Assembly (NCBI RefSeq): GCF_009914755.1
Contig: NC_060941.1
Source of the DNA: the human T2T-CHM13v2.0 reference genome, Homo sapiens
DNA length: 64,000 bases
Strand: one strand, 5' to 3'
The first letter of the stretch is position 1, and every line of letters starts with the position of its first letter. This document shows positions 14,801 through 30,920 of this stretch, piece by piece. The notes beneath the pieces are model-generated. The model saw only the letters and a list, made by a program, of their open reading frames with translations. It did no database searches and had not been told where the DNA came from. The position numbers were made by a program, and so were the translations under genes.

Positions 14801-16079
14801 CTGGGTTACAGCAAATTAATGGCAGAACCACAAGAGCATCAGGGCCTCACTCTGCTTGGCTGAGTATTAATTTACCTCATGGGTGCTTTTGAACCTCAAA
14901 CTAAAATAGAGGGGAAGTGGGGGGAGGATTCAAAAGTGGTTGATGAACATTAGAATCAGGAAATGGTGATTTGGTTGAATCTACAGATAATAGCTTTACC
15001 ACTTCCTGTGTCAGCTGATGCCAAAAGAGAGAAGATTCTAAAGAAGAAAATAGTTACGTGACAGAACTGTGGGCTTCCACACAACTGTCTCCACCCAGGC
15101 CATACTCTTTCTCTAAGGCCATTGAGGAGAGTATAAACCTGATTGCTCAGGGGTTTCATTGGCTGGTGTCCAACACAAAATCACAAGATCAAAGAACAGT
15201 GGAGTTTATAGGAACCCCAAGAGAACATCTGGTCTGACATTATGTCTTCTGGTTGCTGAGTAACTAAACCATCTAGGACAGGTAATTTAATTGTCTTTCC
15301 TTTTTATTAAAGGACTCAGTTTCCCAACTATAAATGAGGAAATAAGGTTCCTTCTAGGTCTAACATGCCAGAACTCCATGATCTCGAAAGGTGGAGATTT
15401 CCCAACCTTTTCCAGGATCCCTTTACAGCATTTAACGCATATCTTGTAAGTAGCAGGCTTCCCTGGCCTCAAGCTTAACATCATCAGTGTGGCAAGCACC
15501 AAGGGTTTGTCCAGCTCCCAGGGATTACCATGGACTCCAGGAACATGCACTGAAGTTCCTTTTAGTGTTTTAAGGAGGAGGAGGAGGCAACCATTTATGT
15601 AATTCTCATGTCGGTCCAAGTTGTTAATACTCCAGTAGTTGGTAGGCCCAACCTGAGTGCGTTGTGGCCATGGGGTGTGGTGGGGTGTGAGGTGGTGTCA
15701 ATTACATAACAGCTCCTACAGAAACTGTGTGGAATAGGGGAGAAAAGAAATTCTTAGACAACACAGTTGGTTATTTCTGGAAGAAATGGGTAGGTTTGCT
15801 GCACAGAAAAAGCAATCTATCCATCATACCCCTTGTTCTTCAGACCTGCCTATGTATGCCTGAATCATTATAGAAAAGTTTCCAATTCTGAGCCCTTGAA
15901 AATCAGGGATATGATTATGCTCACTCCACTCACTGAAGCCTTAGTTCCATCCTGCCTGGGACTCTGCTATACTTGGTGTTACATTTTTGGATGTGAAATG
16001 TGCAGGGTGGACTCAGACTCCACAACCACTTGTCCCCTTCTTGGCCAAGTCACCTTCTCCTTCCAACTTCTCTAGGTAA

Positions 16080-17940
<1,861 letters not shown>

Positions 17941-18049
17941 GTGTTATCATTTTCAGAGAAGTAGAAAGTGCTAGGCAAACGTGGCAGTCTGGGATTAGGT
18001 GCATGCATTCATAAGGTAACCTCTCTCTCTCTCCTTCCCCTCTCTCTGC

Positions 18050-18990
18050 CCTTGTTCAAGGGCTTTCTCTAAAACTAAAGCTGTGGTTGCCAAGGCAGAG
18101 CCAAGCTGGTTGTGTCTGGTGTTCCCTCAAGCCCCCACTTGCACTAGTAACTTCTCTGCACCACGCCCATTTGTCGCTGCCTATGCAGTCCTCTATCGGT
18201 AGGCTGGAAGGCTCCTGAGCAGGTTAGCTTTCTTTCACAAAGTCCCAGCGACAGGAGGAAGCCCAGTCCACCGGAAGTGAAGGTTGGAGGGAAAGGTGAA
18301 GGACAGGAAGTGGGAAGATGACTCCTGGGACCCATAATCATGCATGAGCAGTTCAGAGCTTCCCAGAAGGGAAGAAGACAAGCTGTAGGGGCAGTAAGAT
18401 TTGCACACCTTGGGTCCTGGGACCATCCTGCTCAGCTGAGTAGAATACCAAACGAGGGTGTTTCTGAGCTGCACTTCACCTCAGCCAGGCAATCGACAGG
18501 AGAAGCAGCGAGCGAGACCGACAGACTGTCACTGGCAAAATGAACTGTCACCTCCCATTTTTCAGAGGCACGGCGGGATGAATTGCAGCCTTGAACCTTG
18601 CGGCCCGCTGTTGATTGAGTTCCGCTGTCTTAGAACCCCGTCGAACAAGGCGAGTTCATTTCAGACTGACGTACCACCGCTTATCAATTTAGGAGCCAGT
18701 AAAATTAACCGCTTCGGAGCTGATTTTCTCGGTCCCCCTGCTTGGATTCCGCATGCAGAAAGGTCACCAGATAAATCTCTCTGGGTCCTGCTAGCATGAT
18801 ATGCAGCTAGGAGATGGGGTCTCAGAAGAGGAAGCTGAACCAAACAGCCCACGCCCAAAAAGGTCGCTGAGGCCCTCTTACAGCCACGGATTGTGGCAGT
18901 GGTGTGTGACAAGTCGTGCCTTTGCTAACTCTGCTCTGCCCACATCAGCAGCATCTGCTCCCAAGAGATACTGTGGTTGGGTAGGATTGG
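18050..18990. promoter_or_regulatory. CpG-enriched candidate enhancer/promoter
   Basis: Non-repeat, CpG-rich core ~18490-18760; ETS ACCGGAAGTG 18270-18279 and ACAGGAAGTG 18303-18312; RUNX TGTGGTT 18082 and 18972; DR1 TGAACT-G-TCACCT 18541-18553; NBRE AAAGGTCA 18759-18766; GATA AGATAA 18769. Confidence 0.55.
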
Positions 18991-19691
18991 GTGGCTGAGA
19001 ATGGAGATGCTACAGAAGCCCCCGCAGTCTTTCTGCAGAGATCTCTGTATATTCTTCTGCTTTGCATCCACAGGGCCTTACACATAGTAGGCACCCGCTA
19101 AATGTCTATTAAACTGAATATGACTTGATGTATGCTTTACCATCAATCGGTTTGAAAAGTTTAAAAGAAGTTAGCATGGACAGGGCCCTGGTGGAAAGAA
19201 AAAAAAGAAATGTTTATCCAGGAATATCTTTATTGTCACCGGACATTCATGGGGCCCAGTCCATGCTAAAAATCCTCTGGCAACTTGAAGGTCCTTAGAG
19301 CACAGCAGGAAGCTCACCAGAACAGAGTTCCTTGTCTCCAGAAGAAAAACTGTCTCATGCCACATTCTCCCCTCACACACATACAGCTTTTTTGCTCATA
19401 AAGGCCTGTCCAGTAGGTCTAATTCACGTATCTCAGGGCTTCTCCTCTCCTCTGCATCCGGGACACAAATAGTTTTCTCAACACCCTTTGAACCTCTTGT
19501 CACCATGGCAGACTATGGCAGTGTTCATTTCTGGATATACAACCAAACTGTTCTCAGGATAATTTAAAGGTTTGGACTCTTAGACATGCTCTACCTCTAT
19601 CTAAAAACATCCACTTTTCACCAAAGGTCCTCATCTCAGAGGGACAGGGGACATCTGGTTTGGAAGACTGCGCAGGAAATAAAGACTTATG

Positions 19692-20022
19692 GGCTGGGCA
19701 CGGTGGCTCACACCTGTAATCCCAGCACTTTGGAAAGCTGAAGCAAGCAGATTGCTTGAGCCCAGGAGTTCGTGATCAGCCTGGGCAACATGGCGAAACC
19801 CCATCTCTACAAAAAACACAAAAATTAGCCAGGCGTGGTGGTGGGTGCCTGTCATCCCAGCTACTCAGGAGGCTGAGGTGGGAGGATCGATTGAGCCCAG
19901 GAAGCAAAGGCAGCAGTGAGCTGAGATTGTATCACTGCACTCTAGCCTGGGTAATGGAGTGAAGCCCTGTCTGAAAAACAAACAAACAAACAAAAAAAAC
20001 AAAAAACAAACAAACAAAAAAA
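19692..20022 (+). mobile_element. AluJ-like
   Basis: Dimer with (AAAC)n tail. Confidence 0.92.
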
Positions 20023-20966
20023 CACTTGCGAAGGTGAAGATGGCTTCTGACAGGAAAGCTGGTGCTCTCTTCAGTAAGGCATCAGGGTAAGGTCCAGATA
20101 TGTTTTTGCTTCAGCTGATAGCTACCAACAGACCAAACTTGTGGGCTCTCATGCCTAAAGAAAATGTATTCACATTCCTGTTGTCCTCCTAAGTTTATTT
20201 CTGTGTTTTCACTTGGGACTTTTAGCCCTATACCTAGAGTGAAAAGCCTTAGTTTTCAAATCTGACTGTACACTCCCTAGCCCTAAGAATGAGCAAATAA
20301 CTTACTTGTCTAAGCCTCATTTTCTCCATCCATAAACCCACACAGATGTTTAAAGCTTCAAATACCTTTCTGTGTGTAAAAACCTCAATAGACTACAAAG
20401 TTAGGTACAGATGTTGGAGTTTATTCATTTTAGTTTCAGCAACAAAAGACAAATATGAGGATGAATGTATCTCAAAATTTGATCCGGCAATTTCACTTCT
20501 AGGAATCTATCCCACAAAAATGCTCACAGCTATGCAAAACGATGTATGTGTGAGGAATTTCACTGCAACTTTTTGAAATTCAGAGATAACCTAAATGTTG
20601 TCAATAAGGAATTGAGTAAATAAATTATAAAATTATGATGCATAGATACTATGCAACACTGTAATAGTTAAAAAGAATAAGAAAGTAAATTTATAACTTT
20701 ATGGTTGTTATAAGAGTTATAAGGGCATGAAAGCCAACTTATAAAAATTAACAGATGTGGTTATTATATCATTAAATCCTTGGGTGTTCACTAGATACTT
20801 GAGTCAAGAGTGACCATAGAAAAATACACCCAGATAAACCTTAGGGAAATATCCAAAGCTTTAAACAAAAAGGGACATATCTAATAGTTGCATTTCTATT
20901 TACTATATCATGGACATCTCTTCATGTCAGTACTTCTTAATTTTTATTACTAAAAAAATTACACAG

Positions 20967-21317
<351 letters not shown>

Positions 21318-21375
21318 CTAGTCTAACTATTGAGAAAAGTTAGACGATTTGTAGGTAGTTGAAGTGTATTCTCAG

Positions 21376-21403
21376 GAATACAAATCTATAATATCCTAGC
21401 AGT
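21376..21403 (+). other. Exon-like segment xIQIYNILA(V)
   Basis: Acceptor tattctcag|, donor AGT|GTAAGT. Confidence 0.35.
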
Positions 21404-21724
21404 GTAAGTTATAAGTTGAAACAGCCCTAAACCAAGAATCAGGCATCCAGGACTCTTGTCCCAGCTCTACCATTAAGTCACTACATGACATCAACCAAAC
21501 CACTTTTCTGGGCCCCAGTTTCCACATCCAGAAAATGAGAATGTTAAAGTTCATGTTCTCCAGGGTCCCTTCAAGCTGAAAATTCTATGGTTCTATGAAA
21601 TCACTTTTCAAAGATTCAATAAAGGATGTTTATATATAATTATAGTCTCTGGTCATTTCTGACACTAACAGGAAGGTTTTGACAAGGCCTTAAATACTCA
21701 CATGCAGAGAAAGTACACTAAGAA

Positions 21725-22028
21725 TTTTTTCTTTTTTCTTGAGACAGAGTCTCACTCTGTCACCCAGGCTGGAGTGCAGTGGTACAAACACAGTTCACTG
21801 CAGCCTTGACCTCCCAGGCTCATGCAATCCTCCTGCCTAAGCCTCCTGAGTAGCTGAGTCTATACAGTGCACCACCACACCTGGCTAATTTATTTTTATT
21901 TTTATTTTGTAGAGACAGGTTCTCCCTATGTTGTTCAGGCTAGTCTCGAACTCCTAGGCTCAAGCAGTCCTCCCACCTCGGCCTCCCAAAGTGTTGAGAT
22001 TACAGGTGTGAGCCATCACATCCAGCCC
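21725..22028 (-). mobile_element. AluJ-like
   Basis: Reverse dimer. Confidence 0.9.
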
Positions 22029-22575
22029 AGAATTTTTTTATTAAAAAGGTTCCTGCCCTCAAGGAACCTATAATTTAAAAAAGAAAATAAGACAGTTGAA
22101 TTAATAGAAAAACAGTAGAACCACGTTTTACAAAAGGAATGTACAAAACGAAATTGTTAAGTGGGATCAGTGGAACTCAAATTTATGTTCCTAGAAGCCT
22201 TTGGCTTACTCAGAGGTGTTCAGAAGCTGCTTCCAGGATAGGGCAAGAGGGCAAAGGAGTGAGTACTCCACCTCCCCATCCTGGTTTAATCAGAGTAACT
22301 CTGCTTTCATCTGCATCATGCATCTAAGAAATATAACACTTTTACAGAAATAGGGCAGCTATAATAAAAATTTGAAAACCACTAGCCTAGATGATTTCTA
22401 AGGCCTGTTCCAACTTTAAGGTTTCACAATTCTATGATTCTAAGATGTATGTAAAAATAAGTTTTTATATTTTGCATTCAGCTTTGCAGGTACATAGGAA
22501 ATTAACTTCATAAAGATTAATTCTCCTTTAAAACAAATAATTATTTTGTAATACGAATATAAAGCCCTAGATGTA

Positions 22576-23344
22576 CACTGGTCATTACAGAAACACAAAT
22601 CAAAACCAAAATGAGATACCATCCCACACCAGTCAGAATGGCGATTATTCAAAAGTCAGGAAAAACAGATGCTGGTGAGGCTGACGAGGCTGTGGAGAAA
22701 TAGGAATGCTTTTACACTGTTGGTGGGAGTGTAAATTAGTTCAACCATTGTGGAAGACAGTGTGGTGATTCCTCAAGGATCTAGAAACAGAAATACCATT
22801 TGACCCAGCAATCCCATTACTGAGTATATACCCAAAGGATTATAAATCATTCTAATATAAAGACACATGCACACGTATGTTTATTGCAGCACTATTTACA
22901 AAAGCAAAGACTTGGAACCAATCCAAATGCCCATCAATGATAGACTGGATAAAGAAAATGTGGCACATATACACCATGGAATACTATGCAGCCTTAAAAA
23001 AGAATAGTTCATGTCCTTTTCAGGGACATGGATGAAGCTGGAAGCCATCATTCTCAGCAAACTAATACAGGAATAGAAAACCAAACACTGCATGTTCTCA
23101 CTCATAAGTGGGAGTTGAACGATGAGAACACATGGACACAGGGAGGGAAACATCATAAACCAGGGCCTGTTGGGGGGTGGCGGGCAATGGGAGGGAGAGC
23201 ATTAGGACAAATACCTAATACACACGGGGCTTAAAACTTAGGTGCAGCAAACCACCATGGCACATGTATGCCTATGTAACAAACCAGCACGTTCGGCACG
23301 TGTATCCCAAAACTTAAAGTAAAAACAAAAAAACAAAAAACAAA
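22576..23344 (+). mobile_element. 5'-truncated L1PA element (ORF2 3' end + 3'UTR + poly-A)
   Basis: Classic L1 3' sequence (GACCCAGCAATCCCATTACTG..., CATGTTCTCACTCATAAGTGGGAG); TSD AAAGCCCTAGATGTA / AAACCCTAGATGTA. Confidence 0.92.
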
Positions 23345-24351
23345 CCCTAGATGTATAATTTAACACACTCAGATTTTCCTGTCCTGAATTTTCTGAATGT
23401 GAGGCATGATCATAATTACAAAAGAACTGGATGGGAATACAAGGCAGACAAAGGGGTTATAAAAAAGATTTGCAAGATCCCTGGAACACCACGGACTAGC
23501 TGTCAGTTTTGCCAGTGAAGTAAAAGATACTGAACTAGAGCTAGAATCACTCGGCTCTACTACTGAATTAGGTCATTTTTGTTTCATAGAACACATCTCA
23601 GAAAAATCCATGATAATTACTACAGTGTTTTCTATGCATTATTACATTTAATTCTCCCAACTCCATGAAACAGGTGTTATTTTCTTCCCCATTTTACAAA
23701 CAAGAAAACCGGAGCCATGGATGTTAAGTACTTTGCCCAAGGTCAAAGAGCCAGGGCTCAAACCCAGAGAGTCTGACAGCAAAGCCCATGCTCTCAGCCA
23801 CCAAAAGCTGTACCCCATGTTGCTACTGGTGACTCTCAGATGCTGGGTAGACAGCCTGCCCTCCAAAGGTCAAAGGATAGGATTCAAATGGGACTCTGCC
23901 TCCAATTCCTCTATAAATTTATTTGTCTCATTATCCAATCACAAAGAAGAGTTTTCACTTCCCTTATCAAGGCTGGCCCTAGATAAAAATAATGAGGTAG
24001 CTGCAGCTTGTTCATCCTCCCTCCCCGTCACGGCTCCTTCTTCATATGAGGAAGGAAAGAAATACTGACTCCATGAAATTTGTTCTGATGCCTCCCAAGA
24101 ATTGGCCACTCCTTATCTTGCGCACGCACTGAAGATGTATATGTGTACACATATACATCTGTGTGTGTGCATGTAGTACTTTCTTGCCTACTTTACATTT
24201 CATCCCTCTCCCCAACTAGATCATATCTCCTTAGGAATCACAACTAATTTTTACTCATCTCTGTATCCACAACACCTGACAGAGTGCCTAGCATATAATG
24301 GAGGCTTGATAAATGTTTATTTGTTTGAATGAAGGAAAGAAGTACATTCAA

Positions 24352-24631
<280 letters not shown>

Positions 24632-25411
24632 GAAGTACATTCATACATTCATGCTGTCTCCAAGGTTCCCAGTGTGTCCCATTGTGGCGCCTCACCTAAT
24701 CTTGCTTTTCTCGGGAACCCTTTCTCCCAGTCAAACTTTGTCAAGCCTGGGCTCCCTTTCTCCTCCAGATCTGCTCTCTGCCCTCCAAAATGATAACCAG
24801 TTAGCTAACCTTATGTGTAATAAGTGCTAATGAAGTTAGCTGAGGTTAATATATTAATGTATTACTTCTTTTCATAATGTATTTTCACTTTAACTAGAAA
24901 CAATTCCTTGACCTAATAGAGCCATTTCTAATGGTGAATGCATTATGCCAGCATTCAGGATGGGTCGGGGGTGGGAAATCATTGGCAGGAGAGTTTTAAG
25001 GACCCTGGCCTAGGCACCGTAAAACCACATGAACCCACCCACTTGTGTAGAAGAGTCATGGAACTAAAATGGCAAAAACACATAAATACTAACACTGCAA
25101 GTACATGTGATCTCTACTGTGACCAAATGAGTTGACCAAAGAAATGAAATTTGATCTGCCACAACAGGAGTCTGGGGTTCCCCACTGATCTTCAAGCCAA
25201 GTTAGGGTCACCTGAATGACAGATGCTCCTAAAGAGAAATGAGCTAGCCCTGTGTTTGATTGGTATGGGGCTAGGATGTTGGAGACAGCAGGAGTAATCT
25301 AATACATCTTTCACCACACAGATGAGGAAACTGAAACCCAGAGAGATAGGTGACCTGTTCAAGGCCACGAAGCCAGAGCCAAAATTGGGACAAAATAATT
25401 TATTTCCTTGA

Positions 25412-25745
<334 letters not shown>

Positions 25746-26163
25746 TTCTATCTTATTTAAAGCATCCTACACATTAGCTATTACAAAGCCTATTATTTGC
25801 CACAGGGCTCAACTATTTAAAGGATCTAACCCAAAAGAATCATGGCTAAAGCCTCTGCACAGCGGCAGGCAGCATCATACAAATCTCAGCAAAGTGCATT
25901 TAACTTGCAGAACCCAATTCACATGCAGAACCCTAGCTACATGGGAGTCTGGAAGATGCAGTATTTTATTTTACAGCTTCTGCAGTACAAAAAAGCACAT
26001 CAGAAATAGTGGGAATGAATATGAAGTGTGAATTAATCTTATCTAGCATATTATATATATTACATTTTTTAGAACCTTCTTAAACCTTTGTCAAGTTGAC
26101 AAATTGGTATACTGTTTTAAATAATATTTATTTGATTATTGGTAAGGATGAGCTTTGTGGGGC

Positions 26164-26621
26164 TTTTTTTGTTTGTTTTGTTTTTTTGAGGCAGGGTATC
26201 ACTCTGTCCCCTGCCCACCCTAGGCTGGAGAGCAGTGGTCATCACGACTCACTGCAGCCTCAACCTCCCAGGCTCAAATGATCTTCCCACCTCAGCCTCC
26301 CAAGTAGCTGGGACTATAGGCATGCACCACCACACCTGGCTAATTTTTAAAGTTTTTTTTTTTTTTTTTTTTTTGTAGAGGCAGGTTTCTTCATGTTGCC
26401 CAGGCTGGTCTTGAACTCCTGAGGCTCAAGCAATTCACCCACCTCTGCCTTCCAAAGTGCTGAGATTACAGGTGTGCACCATGGCACCTGGCTAATTTTT
26501 ATTTTTATTTTTATTTCTGTGGAGATGGGTTCTTACCAGGTTGCCTAAGCTGGTCTGAAACTCCTGAGCTCAAGTGACCCAAAGTGCTGGGATTACAACC
26601 ATGAGCTTCCACGCCCAGCCA
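26164..26621 (-). mobile_element. AluJ with an additional left arm
   Basis: Three consecutive reverse arms. Confidence 0.85.
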
Positions 26622-26900
26622 GGATAAACTTTTAAAACTGTATGTACTGGCCTTTCATATTACTTCTTTTATAAATTACCTTGTTCTACTTTTTATTCAT
26701 TTTTCTTTAGGGATATTTGTCCCTTTGTTCTTATATATTTGTAAGAACTCTTTATACATTAAGGATATTAACCCATTAACCAAAGGCCTTTTTTTTAAAT
26801 GTCAAATTTTGCCAGGAGCTAGCCCTAATTTGATTAACTCCGCTGATGGTTCCTTGGTTTGGTATCTCCTAAATATTTACACATTTGGCTTGTTCCATAG

Positions 26901-26958
26901 ATATTCAGATTTATAACTATAGTCATGCCTTTTTTCACACACTCTACAGCAGAACCTG
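26901..26958 (+). other. Exon-like segment xIQIYNYSHAFFHTLYSRT(W)
   Basis: Acceptor ttgttccatag|, weak donor TG|GTTTGC; open frame. Confidence 0.35.
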
Positions 26959-27505
26959 GTTTGCCTGTCAGGGAGATAAGATCACTAGAGAGCTGTGCAG
27001 ATGCTAAGGAGAGACACACACCAGGTCTGGGGATCTAGAGATGAAAGCACAGATCCCAGAAAGTGGGCAGTCTCCCTTGTTCAAGAGTATGATGAAGGTC
27101 TCAACACTGTGAGGTTAGTTAGCAAGATGAAGTGGAGGAATCAGATCCCAGATGACAAGAGTCTGCTGTTCAGGAAGACATTTATAGTCACAGCACAAAT
27201 TAACAAACACATCTAAATGGCCTTGATCTTCTTTTATACTTCCTGCCTAGGTAGGAAGTTGTGGTCTCAGGAGCTAGAACCACAGATATGAAGAAAATGG
27301 CTTTAGTTGGTAAAGAAAGTAGTATATAAAGTAGCAGCTGCATTTAAGTCCTCAAATGCTGTTATAGATATTTAATTTTGTTCCATGTTTTCTCAAATAT
27401 ACTTACTGCTTCTCAAATATACTTCTGGCAGAGCTGCTTCTCACGACAGAGACTGAAAAACCAGATTATTGCTTTCTCAGTTTCCCTTACAACTAGGAAT
27501 GGCCT

Positions 27506-27848
27506 TGTCTTAGTCCATTCATGCTGCTACACCAAAATACCTCGGACTGGATAATTCATAACAAGAGAAATTTATTGCTCACAGTTCTGGAGCCTGGGAA
27601 GTCCAAGATCAACGTACCAGCAGATTCAGATGAAGGCGTGTTCTCAGCTTCATAGGTGGTGCATTCTTGCTGCTTCTTCACATGATGGAAGGAGTGAACA
27701 AGCTCCCTTGGGCCTCTTTTACAAAGGTACAAAGCTCCACCATCATGACTTAATCGCCTCCTAAAGGCCCTACCTCTTAAAATATTGCATTGGGGATTAG
27801 ATTTCAATTTATGAATTTTGAAGGGACACAAACATTCAGATTATATTA
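27506..27848 (-). mobile_element. MaLR LTR (MST/MLT1A-type) nested in an older MLT1 (~27420-28200)
   Basis: TGTCTTAGTCCATT...AAATTTATTGCTCACAGTTCTGGAG...GGGACACAAACATTCAGA. Confidence 0.75.
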
Positions 27849-28283
27849 GGCCACATGACACAGTTCTGGCCAAGGAGAGGAAGGGGAAGACTACTGGGAG
27901 ACGTCTGAGGACATTTTTATTCTAGTTAAAAAGACGAGTATGCATGAGGCTCCTACTCTTTCATTCATGTCTATGAATATAGTTGTATGAGCACATGATT
28001 TCTTCAACCATGGCAACCATGCAAGCCTAGAGACCAAGAGCCAACACTGAAGGTAGAAAAGCAAAAGGATGAAGGAAGCCTGGTCAGTCATAGCATTTTT
28101 CAGCTGATGAACCAAAATAAGACCTCTACATTTCTTATTTTGTGAGAGAGTAAGAACTTTTATTGACACTTTTAGTTTTTTGTTACCTGCTTCTGCATTT
28201 TGACACATTCAAAATATAAAATGATACAGAATCTATATCATTGTAAGTACATAAAATATGTTAGTGTGTGGATAAGGACAGGA

Positions 28284-29061
28284 TGGTATTGGTAGGGGCA
28301 GGAAGCAGGGAAATTCTCGGCAGAAAAGGGCAGGGTCCCTGGCGAAGCCCCACCCTCAAGCCTAGAACCGCGGTCCAAAGTGAGAGCATGCATTCCTATT
28401 TTCTTGCTCAAATGTTGCCTTTTCCAAAATCACCATGACCTGTCTCACCCCTCATCCTGTACCCATTAAATCCCCTGGCCCAACTGGCAGATGGCAAAGA
28501 AGGAGAGAAGAGAAGAAGTAGCCAGACATTGGAAAGAAACAGCTTGACTTCAGAGGAATGGCTTGATGGTGGGACTTAGGAGAAGTGTACAGCAGGGGAC
28601 TGCTGGACTCCATGGGAAGATCACCTTCCCACTCCATCCCCCTTCCAGCTCCCCATCCTGCTGGGAGCCACTTTCATCAGTAATAAAATTCTCCGCATTC
28701 ATCACCCTTCAATTTTTTCATGCAACCTTGGTTGCAAGGACTCAGGTATGGGTGCAAAAGGTTGTCACACTGACCCTCCACTGAGCTGTTAACACTTAAG
28801 CCATTCATGGACAGAAAAGCTAAAAGAGCACACTGTAACACATGCCCTCTGGGTCTTCAGAGGTTGCGGGTACCCCCACAGATGCTGCTGCAGGGCTGCA
28901 CAGTTTTGCTCCTGCCAGCACCCAAAAGCAGTCACTCTGGCTCCTGCACCTGCTCACTTGTGTGCTCCCCCTCCTGTGAGGGATTGAGAGCTGGGGGCTA
29001 AGTAACTGAGGCACCCCTGTTGCAAGGTCCATGAAGGGGTCAAGGAAAATTTCCTGTTTCA
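28284..29061 (+). mobile_element. Solo ERV1 LTR, MER50-like
   Basis: TG...CA termini, GCCCCACCCTCAAGCCT near the 5' end, AATAAA ~28682, ends TTCCTGTTTCA. Confidence 0.75.
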
Positions 29062-29209
29062 GTACGATGACTAATACCAAGACCAGAATGTTCTATAGAG
29101 AAGTGTTGGGGGAAAGGGAGAGCAGGGTCCCATTCCTGGACATTCTGATTTAATTGGCTTGGGGTAGGAGCCAAGCATTGGTATTTAAAATTTTAATTTT
29201 ATTTTACAG

Positions 29210-29262
29210 GTGGAGAGACGAAGGATCAAGCAATGTGACTGGTAGAAACTGTGTTATACAAG
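29210..29262 (+). other. Exon-like segment WRDEGSSNVTGRNCVIQ
   Basis: Strong acceptor ttttaattttattttacag|G, donor AAG|GTAAAC. Confidence 0.45.
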
Positions 29263-30869
29263 GTAAACCAAGAGAGAATTGTGCAAAAATGTCTTCAGGG
29301 TCACTTCTTTCCCTAACTTGGTCCCTCAGAGTTCTTTCCACTAGATATCCAGTGTGTTCAACCTAACTCCTATCTGCAGTGGGCCTCCAAATATTGCACC
29401 CCTATGGGCAGGGCTGTGTGTCATTTCCCTGGCCCCTATCTGGGTCAAAACTGTCATTCCTCCAGGGACCTGCTGGGCAACTAGCAAACTAATCTTCAAT
29501 GTATTTTACCCAAGGTGTTAATGACAGATAATGGCTTAATGCATTACCCCTCCCAGCTAACATTTCCATTTTAATAGAGCCTTTAAATGCTTTAACCTGA
29601 AGGAAACAGCATGAAAAATGCAGGGATAGCAAATATCTGGCACCTTTGCTCCTTCCCTGTTCCTGGAAGACATCTTCAAATGGTCACTGAGGCTTTTCCT
29701 GCTATGCCTGGACATACCCTGAGAAGCCCATAGGGCCCTGGGCAGCCCCTACCAGCCTATGATGGGAGTTACCATGCAAGATGAAATCTATTTGCCAACC
29801 TTATCGTGAAACAAATATTTGTCCAGGAGTAAAAAGACCTGAATTCTACTTTGGGGCTTTGACATTACCTGGACATAGGGCCTAAACAAATTTATTAGAC
29901 ATTTCCAAGTCTCAGTTTCCTTACCCATAAAATGAGAGGACTGGCATTAGAGTCAAGCATTTCCAAAGCATAGTTCTCAATCTGCCAGGGACTCTCAAAA
30001 TCTGACCTCACAGCTCTCCAAGCTGGTTGCTGCTACCACGTACCTCTTCCCATTTTTGCCTTGCTTCCCACAAGGGAAGGAAATTCACTCCCAACTGGGC
30101 ACCACCTTTCTATCTCTATTTGGGGACCTTCCTGTCCCTGAAAGGCCCTGGGAACATAATGTAAAGCAACTATGGGGGCAGCTGCTAAGAAGCCAGATCT
30201 TGTGACACTAAGAGTCCAGTCACGTGGTTCAGAGTCCACAGCAACCTGTGGCGACTATGCAGTCATCAGCCAGAGAGGCAGAGCCTCTGTCTGGAGATGT
30301 GTCAGAAATGGGTGTGACTAGTCCCAGACACATCAAGTGAGGAAAAATCAGGTGTGCAGATTACGTTGTGTAAATGCCTTTCTAATTCTCAATGCTCCAG
30401 GAAGGAATCTCAGAGATTAAATTAAGCTGTTAACCCTCTAGGCGCTCCTGTCGTTTATTGTTAAGGAATTAATAGGAATGCGGGAATGCAGATGGCCTGG
30501 CTGTCAGCTCGGAGAGGCGATTTTTCTGATCTCCAAGGAGGTTTCCAGCATCTTTCATTAAGCACTCGTGTACCAACTTGTCATTTTAACCGAGCAGCAA
30601 AGAAACTCCCACTCAACTGCCTACCTCAGGTGCTGGGAGTGCAATCCTCGGAGGAGTCTTTCTGGGTTGCAGGTGCAGGGGAGGCGCCCAGGTGATGGGG
30701 GTGGGGTGCAGCGAGAAATGGATTTAAAGCCACTCCAGGAAGGAAATCGGATCCCAAAACCTGGTTGTCCTGGGCACAGGCTTCAGGTGACTGCAGAAGA
30801 TTCCTCTCTAGCAATCCTGAACTGAGCAGAGATGTGAAAACTTACTTCTTTCCGCTTTCTCGAAGCGCT

Positions 30870-30920
30870 CCAGGACGCAGGTGGCACGCTCAACGCGGGG
30901 AGGCGCCACCTACAGGACAG
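30870..30920 (-). promoter_or_regulatory. Candidate CTCF site in CpG-rich patch
   Basis: GCGCCACCTACAGG 30903-30916 (rc CCTGTAGGTGGCGC) fits the CTCF core; weaker opposite-strand copy ACGCAGGTGGCAC ~30875-30887. Confidence 0.6.

Noticed and set aside
19222-19290. NIFIVTGHSWG resembling a lipase GHSxG or WD40 VTGH motif
   Set aside because: Stop follows shortly, the donor is weak (GTCCTT) and another frame is fully open; too ambiguous
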